Shown here piece after piece: positions 1-9,873 of a DNA stretch of 46,974 bases (positions within the stretch are counted from its first letter, which is position 1; each line of letters starts with the position of its first letter). Location: the NCBI GenBank assembly GCA_050012475.1, contig JBEKHC010000033.1, forward strand, positions 1-46,974, in the 5' to 3' direction. Position numbers and translations under genes: made by a program. The notes under the pieces were generated by a model. The model was given only the letters and a program-made list of their open reading frames with translations. It was not told where the DNA came from and did not search any database. The stretch is from Candidatus Velthaea sp. GTDB lineage: Bacteria > Vulcanimicrobiota > Vulcanimicrobiia > Vulcanimicrobiales > Vulcanimicrobiaceae.

Positions 1-927
1 CGCTGGGGCCGCAAGATGTTCGTGACGCCGGGCGTGGTGGTCGACGGGAAGCTCGTGACTAACGACTTGGTCGAGATCAACCTGGGGATTCGCATTTTGC
101 TCGGCAGTTCGTTCTACGATGATTGGGCCAATGAAGAGACGTTCGTCAGCAAAGATCCGCTGGGGAATCCGGTCGACCGGCGTCATCCGTGGAACATGCA
201 CACGCTGCCAACGCCCAAGAAGCGCAACTTCGCCGAACAATACAGCTGGGTCATGTCGCCGCGCTGGTTCGACGGAAAGGATCACCTCGCGCTCGATACC
301 GGCGGCGGTCCGCTCGCGCGCCTGTGGTCGACGGCGCTCTCGGGACTGGTCGACATCGGCTACCTGAAAGCGACCGGCACTAGCGTGATCATTAATCTGC
401 CCAAGAGCGCGCTGCGCGGACCGGTAAGCTTCGAGTGGAAGACGCCCAAATACTCGAATACGATCGAGCGCCACCGCGCACGCACGTACTTTCAAGCCTA
501 CGCGGCCGCCGCGGCACTCCATTTTCTTGACAAAGCCTTCGAGGAAATGCACGCCGGGCGGACGCGCACGTGGGAACCGTTCACGGTTCCCAGCGATGCG
601 ATCGGCTGCGGCTTCACCGAAGCGGTGCGGGGCGTGCTCTCGCACCACATGGTCATCCGCGACGGCAAGATCGCAAACTATCATCCGTGGCCGCCGACAC
701 CCTGGAATGCCAATCCTCGCGACACCTATGGAACGCCCGGACCGTACGAGGACGCCGTGCAGAACACGCCGATCTTCGAGGAGAACGGTCCCGAGAATTT
801 CAAGGGCATCGACATCATGCGCAGCGTGCGCAGCTTCGACCCGTGCCTGCCGTGCGGCGTCCACATGTACGTTGGCGGCGGTAAGACGATCGAGACCGTG
901 CACTCGCCCCTCGCCCCGTTCGGCTGA
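1..927 (+). CDS. hhyL: [NiFe]-hydrogenase large subunit, group 1h/5 (actinobacterial-type, high-affinity); 5'-truncated by the window edge
   Basis: C-terminal L2 motif RSFDPCLPCGVH plus a short extension; EAVRGVLSHH and PTPWN motifs; downstream gene order typical of group 1h operons; frame open from position 1. Confidence 0.93.
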   Translation, partial: RWGRKMFVTPGVVVDGKLVTNDLVEINLGIRILLGSSFYDDWANEETFVSKDPLGNPVDRRHPWNMHTLPTPKKRNFAEQYSWVMSPRWFDGKDHLALDTGGGPLARLWSTALSGLVDIGYLKATGTSVIINLPKSALRGPVSFEWKTPKYSNTIERHRARTYFQAYAAAAALHFLDKAFEEMHAGRTRTWEPFTVPSDAIGCGFTEAVRGVLSHHMVIRDGKIANYHPWPPTPWNANPRDTYGTPGPYEDAVQNTPIFEENGPENFKGIDIMRSVRSFDPCLPCGVHMYVGGGKTIETVHSPLAPFG

Positions 928-932
928 TCCGG

Positions 933-1778
933 ATGGCCGAACGCACGCCGGGGGCGAGCATGGACCGCGTGACGGAGCTGCTGCGGGAAGTCGCAATCGC
1001 GCCGACGGTTGAGCGCGCGCGCGAACGCTCGGAAGAGCTGGTTCGCGCGCTCGTCGCGTTCTACGGGGAAGGGCTTGAGCGCGTTCTCGAGATCGTCGAC
1101 GAAGCGGCCGGCGAGCGTGCCGAGCCGATCTTCACAGCGCTCTGCGGCGACCCGTTCGTCGCCAGCCTGTTGGAATTGCACGGTCTGCATCCGCTGTCGA
1201 TCGAAGAGCGCATCGAAGCGGCGCTCGACGCGATTCGGCCCTATCTCGCGTCGCACGAGGGCAACGTTGAACTCGTGCGGGTCGAAGACGGCGTCGCGTA
1301 CGTGCGGCTTGCCGGGAGCTGCGACGGCTGTCAATCCTCGGCGGCGACGCTCAAACATGCGGTCGAAACCGCAATCTTCGAGCGCGTCGGCGAGATTGCC
1401 GAAGTTCGCGCCGAAGGTGTGGAGGTTACGCGGGCGGACGAGCATTCGCTGCGACTGCACAGCGATTGGGTTGCGCTCGAATCATTGTCCGCGCTGGCCA
1501 CCAGCGGCTTGGCCCACGTTCGTTGTTCGGACACCGCGGTGCTGCTCGTCCGCCGGGAGAACAGCGTGTTCGCTTATCGCGACCGCTGCCCGTCGTGTAC
1601 CCGCGCGCTCGACGACGCGAGCTTGGAATGGCCGTTCGTGCGCTGCGCGGCGTGCGCGGAGCGCTTCGACGTCGTGCATGCCGGCCGCGTCGTCGACAAC
1701 CCAAAGCGGTCGGCCGAACCGTTCCCGCTCGTTCGTGACGGCGAACGGGTGCGGATCGCGATTCCGCTGGGCGTCTGA
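933..1778 (+). CDS. NifU-like / Rieske-like Fe-S protein associated with group 1h hydrogenase (HhyE-like)
   Basis: NifU domain IRPYLASHEGNVE...GSCDGC; C-terminal Rieske-like segment AYRDRCPSC...VRCAAC..RFDVVHAG; directly after the large subunit. Confidence 0.85.
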   Translation: MAERTPGASMDRVTELLREVAIAPTVERARERSEELVRALVAFYGEGLERVLEIVDEAAGERAEPIFTALCGDPFVASLLELHGLHPLSIEERIEAALDAIRPYLASHEGNVELVRVEDGVAYVRLAGSCDGCQSSAATLKHAVETAIFERVGEIAEVRAEGVEVTRADEHSLRLHSDWVALESLSALATSGLAHVRCSDTAVLLVRRENSVFAYRDRCPSCTRALDDASLEWPFVRCAACAERFDVVHAGRVVDNPKRSAEPFPLVRDGERVRIAIPLGV

Positions 1779-1779
1779 A

Positions 1780-2400
1780 GTGTCGCTCGAGGCTCGTCCC
1801 GACTTTTCAGCGCTGGCGGGATTGCTGCGCAAACCCAGTGCCGCGGCGGCCGGCGAACGCTGCGATTTTTGTGCGCTGGAAATCGGACCCGAGCACGCGC
1901 ATCTCATCGACACGAAGGCCCGGCGGATCATGTGCGGCTGCCGTCCCTGCGCGCTGACCTTCGAGCCCAACGGCGCGGCGATGGGCCGATTCAAGCTGGT
2001 GCCCCGGCGTTACGCGCGCATCGCCGATCTCGCGTTCGGCGAAGCGGCCTGGGATGCGCTGCAGATCCCGATCGGCCTGGCGTTTTTCTTTCAAAACTCG
2101 GTCGATGGCAAATTCGCTGCGTTCTACCCCGGCCCGGCCGGCGCCACCGAGTCGCAGCTGCCGCTCGATGACTGGCAAACAATCGTGCAGAACCAACCCC
2201 TCCTCGCGACCCTGCAGACGGATGTCGAAGCGATCCTGCTGCGGCGACGCGGCGCTGCGACGGACTGCTTTCTGATTCCCATCGACGCGGCCTACGAACT
2301 CGTGGGGGTCATTCGCGTGAAATGGCGCGGGTTCGACGGCGGCGAGGAAGTCAAGCGCGCCATCGACGCGTTTTTCGAGACGATCGAACGGCGAATGTGA
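1780..2400 (+). CDS. Conserved group 1h hydrogenase accessory protein (DUF5947-like)
   Basis: GTG start 1 nt after the upstream stop; ERCDFC...H.H...CGCRPC and IPIGLAFF...FYPGPAGATES motifs. Confidence 0.8.
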   Translation: MSLEARPDFSALAGLLRKPSAAAAGERCDFCALEIGPEHAHLIDTKARRIMCGCRPCALTFEPNGAAMGRFKLVPRRYARIADLAFGEAAWDALQIPIGLAFFFQNSVDGKFAAFYPGPAGATESQLPLDDWQTIVQNQPLLATLQTDVEAILLRRRGAATDCFLIPIDAAYELVGVIRVKWRGFDGGEEVKRAIDAFFETIERRM

Positions 2401-3038
2401 GCGCGTTCGCGTTTTCGGTATCGGGCGCCGCCGCTCAACCATATGCTGCTTCGCCGATGCTCGCGCTGCGTTTACGCATCGTGGAGTCGACCGGCGTGCG
2501 GGTGCACATGATTGCCTTGCGCACGCAGGTGCAGATCCAAGCGCAGAAGCGGCGCTACGAAGCAAGCGAAAGCGAGCACTTGCGCGATTTGTTCGGAACG
2601 GTCGACCGTTATCGCGATACGCTCAAACCGCTGCTGTGGACGCATGTTTCGACGACGGTCTTACCGTTTACCGGCCAAACGGAAGTCGACCTCACGATCC
2701 CGTGCAGCTACGATTTCGATGTCGCCGCGGACAAATACCTCAGCGCGCTCGCCGGCGGCGAGATCCCGCTGGCGCTGTATTTCAGCGGTGCGGTGTTCGT
2801 CGAAGGCGCCCAAGGTCTGGCCGCGGAGCTCGTCCCCTGGTCAGCTGAAGCGACGTACCGTCTGCCGGTCGCGGTTTGGCGGGCGTCGATGGACGCGCAT
2901 TTCCCCAACACCGCGTGGCTGCGCGTGAGTAGCGAGGTGTTTGACGAACTCGACCGGTTCCGGATCGCCCGCGGACTGCGTTCGTGGGACGCAACCCTGG
3001 CTGCCCTGTTCGAACGAGCGCAGACGGAGCACCGATGA
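2397..3038 (+). CDS. Conserved group 1h hydrogenase accessory protein (DUF6084-like)
   Basis: GTGA overlap with the previous stop; motifs YAASP.L, RRY...E.L.DLFG, PCSYDF..A..KY, VPW..EA.Y. Confidence 0.8.
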   Translation: MSAFAFSVSGAAAQPYAASPMLALRLRIVESTGVRVHMIALRTQVQIQAQKRRYEASESEHLRDLFGTVDRYRDTLKPLLWTHVSTTVLPFTGQTEVDLTIPCSYDFDVAADKYLSALAGGEIPLALYFSGAVFVEGAQGLAAELVPWSAEATYRLPVAVWRASMDAHFPNTAWLRVSSEVFDELDRFRIARGLRSWDATLAALFERAQTEHR

Positions 3039-4330
3039 ATCCGAGCGACTTCGCGGCTGCGCGCGGCATCGCCGACGCGGTCTTCTACGAAGGGTATCTG
3101 CTCTATCCGTACACGGCGACCGCGCCGAAGAACAAGCTGCGTTGGCAGTTCGGCGTGATCGTCCCGGTTGCGCACGAGGCTGCGGGGACGGGCGAACACG
3201 GTCATCAGCAAACCGACGTGCTCTTCGAGTCGGCCGGCGATCCGCGCATCGAGGTGTTGTTCCGCTTTCTCCAAGTCGAGTCGCGGACCGTCGAAGCGCG
3301 CACCGGCGAGACGTTCGCGCCGGTCGCGACGCTCACGGTCGACGGCGTCCACTATTTCACCTTCGATGAAAGCATCGAACGTGAGGTCGGGGCGTCCTTT
3401 GTGCCCGGGGGCGCGCCGCAGGCCGAATTTCCCATTTGCTTTGAGGGAGACCGGCAGATCGAACTGCTGCGCGATGCCGCCGGAAGGCTCGCCGGCCGGA
3501 TCGTTCGGCAGCGCTGGCCGCTCGCGGGCCGCCTGTGCATCGCGGTGCGGCCGCTCGAGCGCGCTGGGATGTCCGAAGGTGTGCGCGTCTCGCGCTTGCG
3601 GGTGCGCGTCGAGAACACGTCCGAGGTCGTTCCCCCACCCGAACGCGGCGTCGTGATGCGCACGGCGTTCGTTTCCGCGCACACGCTCATCGGCATCGGC
3701 CCGGGCGCCTTCTGGTCGCCGATCGATCCGCCCGATCCGTTGCTCGCGGCGGCGGCGAAGAGCGTGAACGAACACACGTGGCCCGTTCTGGTCGGCGACC
3801 CCAAGGCCGACGATCAACGCGCGGCGCTCGTCCTTTCGTCACCGATCGTGCTGGCCGATTTTCCGCAAATCGCGCAGAACACCCGGGCCGACGCTTTCGA
3901 CGGAACCGAGATCGACGAACTGCTCAACCTCAGCGTCCTATCGCTTTCCGACGCCGAACGGGCCGAAGCACGTGCCACCGACCCGCGCGCGCGGGCGATC
4001 GTGGATCGGGCCGAAGCGTTCGGCGCTGCCGACGTTGCGCGAACGCACGCCGAGTTCACGCCGTCGGCGCCCCGCTCGATCGAGATCGGCGGCATCCCGG
4101 TTGCCAAAGGCAGCAGCGTGCGTCTTGTTCCCAAGCGGCGGGCCGATGCGTGGGACATGTTTTTGGCGGGCAAGCTCGCGACGGTGCAAGCGATTCACCA
4201 GGACCTCGAAGCGAAGCTCTATGTCGCCGTAACCGTTGACGACGATCCGGCAACGGAATACCACCAGTGGTACGGCCGCTCGTTCTTTTTCGAGCCCGAC
4301 GAAGTCGAACCGGTCGGAGCGCCCGGGTGA
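3035..4330 (+). CDS. Conserved group 1h hydrogenase accessory protein (hypothetical)
   Basis: ATGA overlap; ADAVFYEGYLLYPY, LSSPI.L.DFPQIA, FDGTEIDELL and C-terminal VTVDDDP...GRSFFF.PDEVE motifs. Confidence 0.78.
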   Translation: MNPSDFAAARGIADAVFYEGYLLYPYTATAPKNKLRWQFGVIVPVAHEAAGTGEHGHQQTDVLFESAGDPRIEVLFRFLQVESRTVEARTGETFAPVATLTVDGVHYFTFDESIEREVGASFVPGGAPQAEFPICFEGDRQIELLRDAAGRLAGRIVRQRWPLAGRLCIAVRPLERAGMSEGVRVSRLRVRVENTSEVVPPPERGVVMRTAFVSAHTLIGIGPGAFWSPIDPPDPLLAAAAKSVNEHTWPVLVGDPKADDQRAALVLSSPIVLADFPQIAQNTRADAFDGTEIDELLNLSVLSLSDAERAEARATDPRARAIVDRAEAFGAADVARTHAEFTPSAPRSIEIGGIPVAKGSSVRLVPKRRADAWDMFLAGKLATVQAIHQDLEAKLYVAVTVDDDPATEYHQWYGRSFFFEPDEVEPVGAPG

Positions 4331-4815
4331 AGCCGCGCATCCTCGTGGCCGGGATCGGCAACATCTTTTTCGCCGATGACGCGTTCGGACCGGCGGTTCT
4401 CGCGCGGATGGCCTGCGAACCGCTCGCCGGCGCGCGCTGCGAAGATTTCGGCATTCGCGGATTGCACCTCGCGTTCGAGTTGCTCGACGGCTATGCAGCG
4501 GCCGTCATCGTCGACGCCGTGTCGCGCGGCGGCGCACCCGGCACGCTGTACGTCATCGAACCCAGCGCGCCGATCGAACCGGCGGAACCCGATGCGCACC
4601 GGATGGACTTGGGCAGCGTGTTGGGCTTCGTGCGCCGTTTGGGCGGGGCGCCGCCGCCGATCACCATCGTCGGCTGCGAACCCGAATCGCTTGAAGAGGG
4701 CGGCGAGATGACGGCGACGGCGACGCGTGCCGTCGAAGCTGCGGTGCCGTTGGTGCGGCGGGTCGTCAATGCGCTCCGGGAACAAGGGGAGGAACGGCTA
4801 TGTACCGAGGTTTGA
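4327..4815 (+). CDS. Hydrogenase maturation protease (HybD/HycI family)
   Basis: GTGA overlap; ILVAGIGNIFFADDAFG, VIVDA, DAH and IVGCEP motifs. Confidence 0.9.
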   Translation: MKPRILVAGIGNIFFADDAFGPAVLARMACEPLAGARCEDFGIRGLHLAFELLDGYAAAVIVDAVSRGGAPGTLYVIEPSAPIEPAEPDAHRMDLGSVLGFVRRLGGAPPPITIVGCEPESLEEGGEMTATATRAVEAAVPLVRRVVNALREQGEERLCTEV

Positions 4816-5063
4816 TGTTCGGCGGGATCGCGTTTCTGGCGGCGGTGTTCGCCGAACGGCAGCTTGGTGTTGTGACCGCCGACATCGAGAGATACGATCG
4901 GATCCGCGCGATGTCGGGCGATCCGCCGATGTTCAAGCAAGGTTTGATCTTGCTGCGCGACGCACTCGGTTCGTTCGGCGGTTCGGCGCGCGGTGAGGCA
5001 ACGGGCATCATCCAAGCGATCCAAGCCGACGTGGTGCGCTATGCCCGCATCTCGACAATGTAG
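4800..5063 (+). CDS. Small membrane-associated hydrogenase-operon protein (DUF6893-like motif present twice)
   Basis: GGAGG RBS upstream; N-terminal hydrophobic helix; DIERYDRIRAM and DVVRYARISTM motifs. Confidence 0.65.
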   Translation: MYRGLMFGGIAFLAAVFAERQLGVVTADIERYDRIRAMSGDPPMFKQGLILLRDALGSFGGSARGEATGIIQAIQADVVRYARISTM

Positions 5064-5562
5064 CCATTACGTGGTGCAGACGGCTGCATCCACGCTCGAT
5101 TTCGACGCCAAGAGCACGCTTCACGGCGTGCACGGAAAAGGGTCTGCGCTCACGGGCTTTGTCGAAGCGCTGTGCGAGGACGGCACGCTCGCGCTCGATC
5201 CGCCGCCCAAGATGCACGTCGAATTTCCCATCGAGCGGCTGGTCTCCGGCAACGGCATGCAGGACAAAGAGATGTGGAAGCTGCTCGACAGCAAACGCAA
5301 TCCGCTCATTCGCGCGGATCTGCGCGACCTGCGCGCCGGCAGCGGAACGAACTACGCGGCGAGCGGCGACATCACGATGTGCGGCCGGGTCCGCAAATAC
5401 GACGGAACGCTCACGGTCGTTTGCGGCGGCGACGAAATCACCGTGAGCGGCGCTCTCAAGGTTGACATTCGCGATTTCGGGATCACGCCGCCGCGATTTT
5501 TGATGTTCACGGTGCAGCCCGAAGTCAACGTTCGCCTCCATCTCATCGCGCGACTGAGTTAG
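5041..5562 (+). CDS. YceI-like (lipid/polyisoprenoid-binding) protein; start uncertain (5041 or 5071)
   Basis: S.L.F.AKSTLH.V.G, L.SGN..QD..M...L, GDITM.G and DFGITPP..LM..V...V.V patterns of the YceI beta-barrel; no signal peptide. Confidence 0.75.
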   Translation: MPASRQCSHYVVQTAASTLDFDAKSTLHGVHGKGSALTGFVEALCEDGTLALDPPPKMHVEFPIERLVSGNGMQDKEMWKLLDSKRNPLIRADLRDLRAGSGTNYAASGDITMCGRVRKYDGTLTVVCGGDEITVSGALKVDIRDFGITPPRFLMFTVQPEVNVRLHLIARLS

Positions 5563-5572
5563 GAAAACGTCG

Positions 5573-5863
5573 ATGTGTCTGGCAATTCCCGGTCAAATCG
5601 TCGAGCTGCTCGCGGAACAGCCGATGTTGGCGAAAGTCGACGTCTCGGGCGTGCGCCGCAACGTCAACATCGGGCTATTGGAAGAGAGCGCCGTCGGGCC
5701 GGGCGACTGGGTGCTCATCCACGTCGGTTTTGCGCTGAGCAAAATCGGCGCAACCGAGGCTCACGAGCAGCTCCGGATGCTCCGCGCGATGGGTGAGGAT
5801 CAGCTCGCCATCGACGAAGTTCGCGGGTACAGCTTCGCTGAGGAGCGCGGCGCTGCGCCATGA
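5573..5863 (+). CDS. hypC: Hydrogenase maturation chaperone HypC/HupF
   Basis: MCLAIPGQI start and GDWVLIHVGFA motif. Confidence 0.95.
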   Translation: MCLAIPGQIVELLAEQPMLAKVDVSGVRRNVNIGLLEESAVGPGDWVLIHVGFALSKIGATEAHEQLRMLRAMGEDQLAIDEVRGYSFAEERGAAP

Positions 5864-5925
5864 ACGACGTTCGCGTTCATCCCGGCTAGGAGTATCGCGG
5901 CGAAGTTTGCTCGAGCAAATGAGGC

Positions 5926-8661
5926 CTAACGCCCGGTGCGCGCTTGCGTAGCCGTTATGAGCGGGTCCATGCGCAACGGCTGCTCCGGCAGCGTCGCACC
6001 CCGCAAGGGCTCGACTTCCTCGCCGCAATACTCCGCGCATTGCTGCAGCAGTTTGGCGACGAGGGCGGTCCAGCCGGTTTGATGGCTGGCTCCGATCCCC
6101 GCCCCGTTGTCGCCGTGAAAGTACTCGTAGAACAGGATGTGATCGCGCCAATGCGGATCGTGTTGCAGCCGCTCGTTGCCGCCGAACACGGGGCGCAGGC
6201 CGCGCTCGTCGCGGGCGAAGATGTCGATGAGCCGATGCGCGATTGCGTTGGCGGCCTCCCAGAGCGGCATGCCGTTCCCCGAGCCGGATGGGACCTCGAT
6301 CGTCAACGCCTCGCCGGCGTAATGATGGTACTTCTGCAAGGCTTCGATCAGCAGATAGTTGATCGGAAACCAAACCGGCCCGCGCCAATTGGAGTTTCCG
6401 CCGAATAAACCGCTCGACGACTCCGCCGGCTCGTACGCGACGGCATACTCGCTTGTCCCGACCCGCAGAGTATACGGCTGGTCGCGATGGCTGCGCGAAA
6501 CGGCACGAATACCGTAGTCGCCGAAAAACTCCGTTTCATCGAAGAGGCGCTGCAGCACGCGCTTGAGCCGGCTGGGCCAGACCACGGCGAGCAGCCGGCG
6601 CTCGCCCAATCCCGGCGTTTCCATGCAGGCCACCGAAGCCTTCAACTCCGGGCGGTTCTCGATGAACCACGCCATCCGTTTAGCGAATTCGGGATTCGCC
6701 GCAAGGTCCGCCGGTTCAAGCGTTTCGACGGCGAGCAGCGGCAGCAGCCCGACCAGCGAGCGAATGCGCATATGCGTCTTGGATCCGTCGTCGCGGTGCA
6801 GAACGTCGTAGTAGAAGCCGTCCTCTTCATGCCACAGCCCCATCCCGTCGAGCTCGTTGATCGCGTGCGCGATGCGCAAGAAATGCTCGAAGAACTTCGA
6901 GGCGATGTCCTCATACGAACGGCTGTATTTCGTGAGCTCCAGTGCGATGCGCATCATCAGCAGCGCGAAGAACGCCATCCAGCTCGTGGCGTCGGATTGA
7001 TCGATGTGGCCGCCGGTGGGCAGCGGCGCGCTGCGGTCGAAAATCCCGATGTTGTCCAAGCCTAAGAAGCCGCCCTGAAAGACATTGCGCCCCGAATGGT
7101 CCTTACGGTTGATCCACCAGGTGAAGTTCAGCAGTAGTTTTTGGAAGACCCGTTCGAGAAAGACGAAGTCGGCCTTGCCGCTCATCTTTTCGTCGATCTT
7201 GAAGACGCGATACGCGGCCCAGGCGTGGACGGGCGGGTTCACGTCGCCGAACGCCCACTCGTACGCGGGCAACTGACCGCTGGGGTGCATGAACCATTCG
7301 CGCGTCAGGTTGAGCAATTGGCGTTTGGCGAAGTCGGGATCGATGAGCGCAAAGGGAACGACGTGGAAGGCAAGATCCCAGGCGGCGAACCACGGGTACT
7401 CCCACTTGTCGGGCATCGAAAGGATCTCATCGCTGTAGAGATGCTCCCATTCGGTGTTGCGGCCGCCGCGGCGCGCGCCGGAAGGCTCTGGCATCGCCGG
7501 ATCGCCGTTCAGCCAGTCGCGGATGACGAAGTGGTACCACTGCTTGCTCCACAAGAGTCCGGCGAAGGCTTGGCGCTGAATGCTGCGCCCGTCGTCGCTG
7601 ATCCGAAACGGATTGACGTCGTGATAGAATTCGTCCGCCTCGCGCTGCCGTTGCACGAACGTCGCCTCGAATGATGAGCCGAAAGGCTCTTCGTGGGCTC
7701 GCTCGCACAGCCGCAGCCGGAACGTTGCGCTTGCGCCGGCCGGGATGTCGCGTTGCCAACGAACGGCCGCTTTCGTCCCGCGCTGCGCCGGATTGACGGC
7801 TCCGTCGTCGCCGTTTACCACGTACGCATGGAAGGCGTCTTTCACGTACGGCACCGCGTTGGGCGAGCCGAAGAGGCGTTCGTTATTGGTCTCGTTTTCG
7901 GTGAAGAGCAGTTCGTCGGGTTCCTGCGCGTACAGCCACGCCGCGCCCAGGCCCGGCACGTCGGCGCCGATCACCGCCGCGCCGGCGATGTCGGCGCGGC
8001 GTTCGAGCAGCGGACGTTCGCTTCGGGGCTGCCAGGCCCAGGTGTTGCGGCACCAGAGGGTGGGCAACACGTCGATGCGCGCGGCTTGCGGTCCGCGGTT
8101 GGTCACCGTGACCCGCATGAGGATGTCGTCCGGGGCGGCCTTCGCGTACTCGACGGTTACGTCGAAGTAGCGATCGCCGTCGAACGCGCCGGTCGCGTCG
8201 AGCTCGAATTCGGGCTCGGTGCGCGAACGCTGCGCGTTTTCGGCGACGAGCCGGGCATACGGGAACGCCGTTTGCGGATACTTGTACAGCATGCGCATGT
8301 AGGCGTGCGTTGGCGTGTTGTCGAGGTAGTAGTAATACTCCTTGACGTCTTCACCGTGATTGCCTTCTGGTCCGGACAAACCGAAGAGCCGTTCTTTGAG
8401 AATCGGGTCGTTCCCATTCCACAGTGCCACCGCCAAGCACAAGCGCTGGTGGTTGTCGCTGATCCCGCCGATGCCGTCCTCGCCCCAGCGGTACGCGCGC
8501 GAACGCGCGTGATCGTGCGGTAGATACGCCCAAGCCCCGCCGTCCGGGCTGTAATCTTCGCGCACCGTTCCCCACTGGCGTTCGGCCAGATAGGGGCCCC
8601 AACGATACCAATGCTCGCGATGCATGCGCGCACGCGCGAGCCGCTCGCGTTCGGCGTTCAT
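5926..8661 (-). CDS. Glycoside hydrolase family 63 (MGH1-like glucosidase)
   Basis: [47 protein letters not shown] and GASHQTGWT motifs; ATG at 8661 overlaps the upstream stop. Confidence 0.9.
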   Translation of the reverse strand: MNAERERLARARMHREHWYRWGPYLAERQWGTVREDYSPDGGAWAYLPHDHARSRAYRWGEDGIGGISDNHQRLCLAVALWNGNDPILKERLFGLSGPEGNHGEDVKEYYYYLDNTPTHAYMRMLYKYPQTAFPYARLVAENAQRSRTEPEFELDATGAFDGDRYFDVTVEYAKAAPDDILMRVTVTNRGPQAARIDVLPTLWCRNTWAWQPRSERPLLERRADIAGAAVIGADVPGLGAAWLYAQEPDELLFTENETNNERLFGSPNAVPYVKDAFHAYVVNGDDGAVNPAQRGTKAAVRWQRDIPAGASATFRLRLCERAHEEPFGSSFEATFVQRQREADEFYHDVNPFRISDDGRSIQRQAFAGLLWSKQWYHFVIRDWLNGDPAMPEPSGARRGGRNTEWEHLYSDEILSMPDKWEYPWFAAWDLAFHVVPFALIDPDFAKRQLLNLTREWFMHPSGQLPAYEWAFGDVNPPVHAWAAYRVFKIDEKMSGKADFVFLERVFQKLLLNFTWWINRKDHSGRNVFQGGFLGLDNIGIFDRSAPLPTGGHIDQSDATSWMAFFALLMMRIALELTKYSRSYEDIASKFFEHFLRIAHAINELDGMGLWHEEDGFYYDVLHRDDGSKTHMRIRSLVGLLPLLAVETLEPADLAANPEFAKRMAWFIENRPELKASVACMETPGLGERRLLAVVWPSRLKRVLQRLFDETEFFGDYGIRAVSRSHRDQPYTLRVGTSEYAVAYEPAESSSGLFGGNSNWRGPVWFPINYLLIEALQKYHHYAGEALTIEVPSGSGNGMPLWEAANAIAHRLIDIFARDERGLRPVFGGNERLQHDPHWRDHILFYEYFHGDNGAGIGASHQTGWTALVAKLLQQCAEYCGEEVEPLRGATLPEQPLRMDPLITATQARTGR

Positions 8662-9764
8662 CCGGGAGCTCCGATTTCGCACACGGCTTTGATGACGCCG
8701 CGGCCGTGTGCGAGCAGATCGAGCAGCTCGTCGAACCGTTCGAGTCCGGCGACGCGGTGCGTGATGAGCTGCTGCGCCCAGCCGGGCCACGTCGCTTGCG
8801 CGCGCGCCAGATCGCTTACCGCCGTCTCGAAATACTCGCGGTTGGCGTTCACCGTCCCGACCATCACTTTGTTGCCGAGCACGAAGTCGAGCGCGATCCG
8901 ATCGGCGGGGATCTCGATGCGCCGGTCTCCGCCGGAGACCCCCGACACGACGAGCACGCCGTTCTTTCCCAGCACCTCGAGCGCTTCGAAGGTCAGCGGT
9001 GACGAGCCGCTCGCCTCGAAGATCAGATCGGCGTTCGGCAGCGCATGCGCCGTTTCGATGAGTCCCCGCGTTGCGGTGTGGTGGTAGTGTGCGCCGATCG
9101 CCTCGACGAGTTCGGAGTTACGCGTGGGCTGCGGTTCGCGTGCGAAGGTGTGGACGTCGAGGCCGCGCAGCCGCAACGCCATGGTCGCCAGCAGCCCGAT
9201 CGTGCCGGCTCCCAGCACGAGCGCCGTCGCCGGCCGCCAAACGCGCAACCGGCGTTGGATCTCGTATGCTTGCGCGATGCCTTTTTCGATCACGCTGGCC
9301 GGCTCGAGCAGGACGCCGACCTCGCGCAATTCGGGCGGCACCGTGACGATGAACTGCGGGTCGTCGACATAGAACTCGGCGAGAAAGCCGTGGCGCAAAT
9401 TGATGCCGCGCTCGAAATAGTCGGCGTCGGTCGTCATGTCGTAGGTTCCGATGGTATCGTAGAGACTCGATCCCGGACGCCGAACCGTCGCCACGACGTA
9501 GTCGCCGCGCCGGATGCCGGCAACGTTCGGGCCGATATCTTCGACGACGCCGAAACTTTCATGACCCGTGATCAAATACGGATCGCCCGGCGGCGGAGCG
9601 CCGTACTCGCCCGAGAGAATTTCTTTGTCGGTGCCGTCGACGCCCACGCGCAGCACGCGGACGAGGACACCCCGGCCATCATCAACGTCGTCCAGCCGCG
9701 GCGCTGGGATGTCGATCAGACGCGCTCCCTGCTCGCCGCTGCGAAAAACTGCCACTGCTTTCAC
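8658..9764 (-). CDS. Glucose 1-dehydrogenase-like Zn-dependent MDR
   Basis: VGVDGTD, GHES, ERGI...HG, GAGTIG and VLGNK...GTVNA motifs; GTG start with GAGG upstream. Confidence 0.85.
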   Translation of the reverse strand: MKAVAVFRSGEQGARLIDIPAPRLDDVDDGRGVLVRVLRVGVDGTDKEILSGEYGAPPPGDPYLITGHESFGVVEDIGPNVAGIRRGDYVVATVRRPGSSLYDTIGTYDMTTDADYFERGINLRHGFLAEFYVDDPQFIVTVPPELREVGVLLEPASVIEKGIAQAYEIQRRLRVWRPATALVLGAGTIGLLATMALRLRGLDVHTFAREPQPTRNSELVEAIGAHYHHTATRGLIETAHALPNADLIFEASGSSPLTFEALEVLGKNGVLVVSGVSGGDRRIEIPADRIALDFVLGNKVMVGTVNANREYFETAVSDLARAQATWPGWAQQLITHRVAGLERFDELLDLLAHGRGVIKAVCEIGAPG

Positions 9765-9873
9765 GGGACCTCGCAAACATCAGTTGGATTGTACCCAGGA
9801 TAGCGCAGATCGCCGGCACCGAGTGTTAAGCGGCGTTACAGCGGCAGAACACGATGTGTGTCATGCTGCCGCC

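Noticed and set aside
1009..1779. 5' extension of the 463-aa ORF, and similar extensions (8662-8790, 9568-9873, 11657-11842, 17070-17213)
   Set aside because: They overlap real genes or promoters; better starts with RBS or stop-start coupling exist downstream
9824..9840. TGTTAA-GCGGC-GTTACA as a second CRP-family site
   Set aside because: Spacing is TGT-N11-ACA, one base off; it may be another regulator's site but is unsupported
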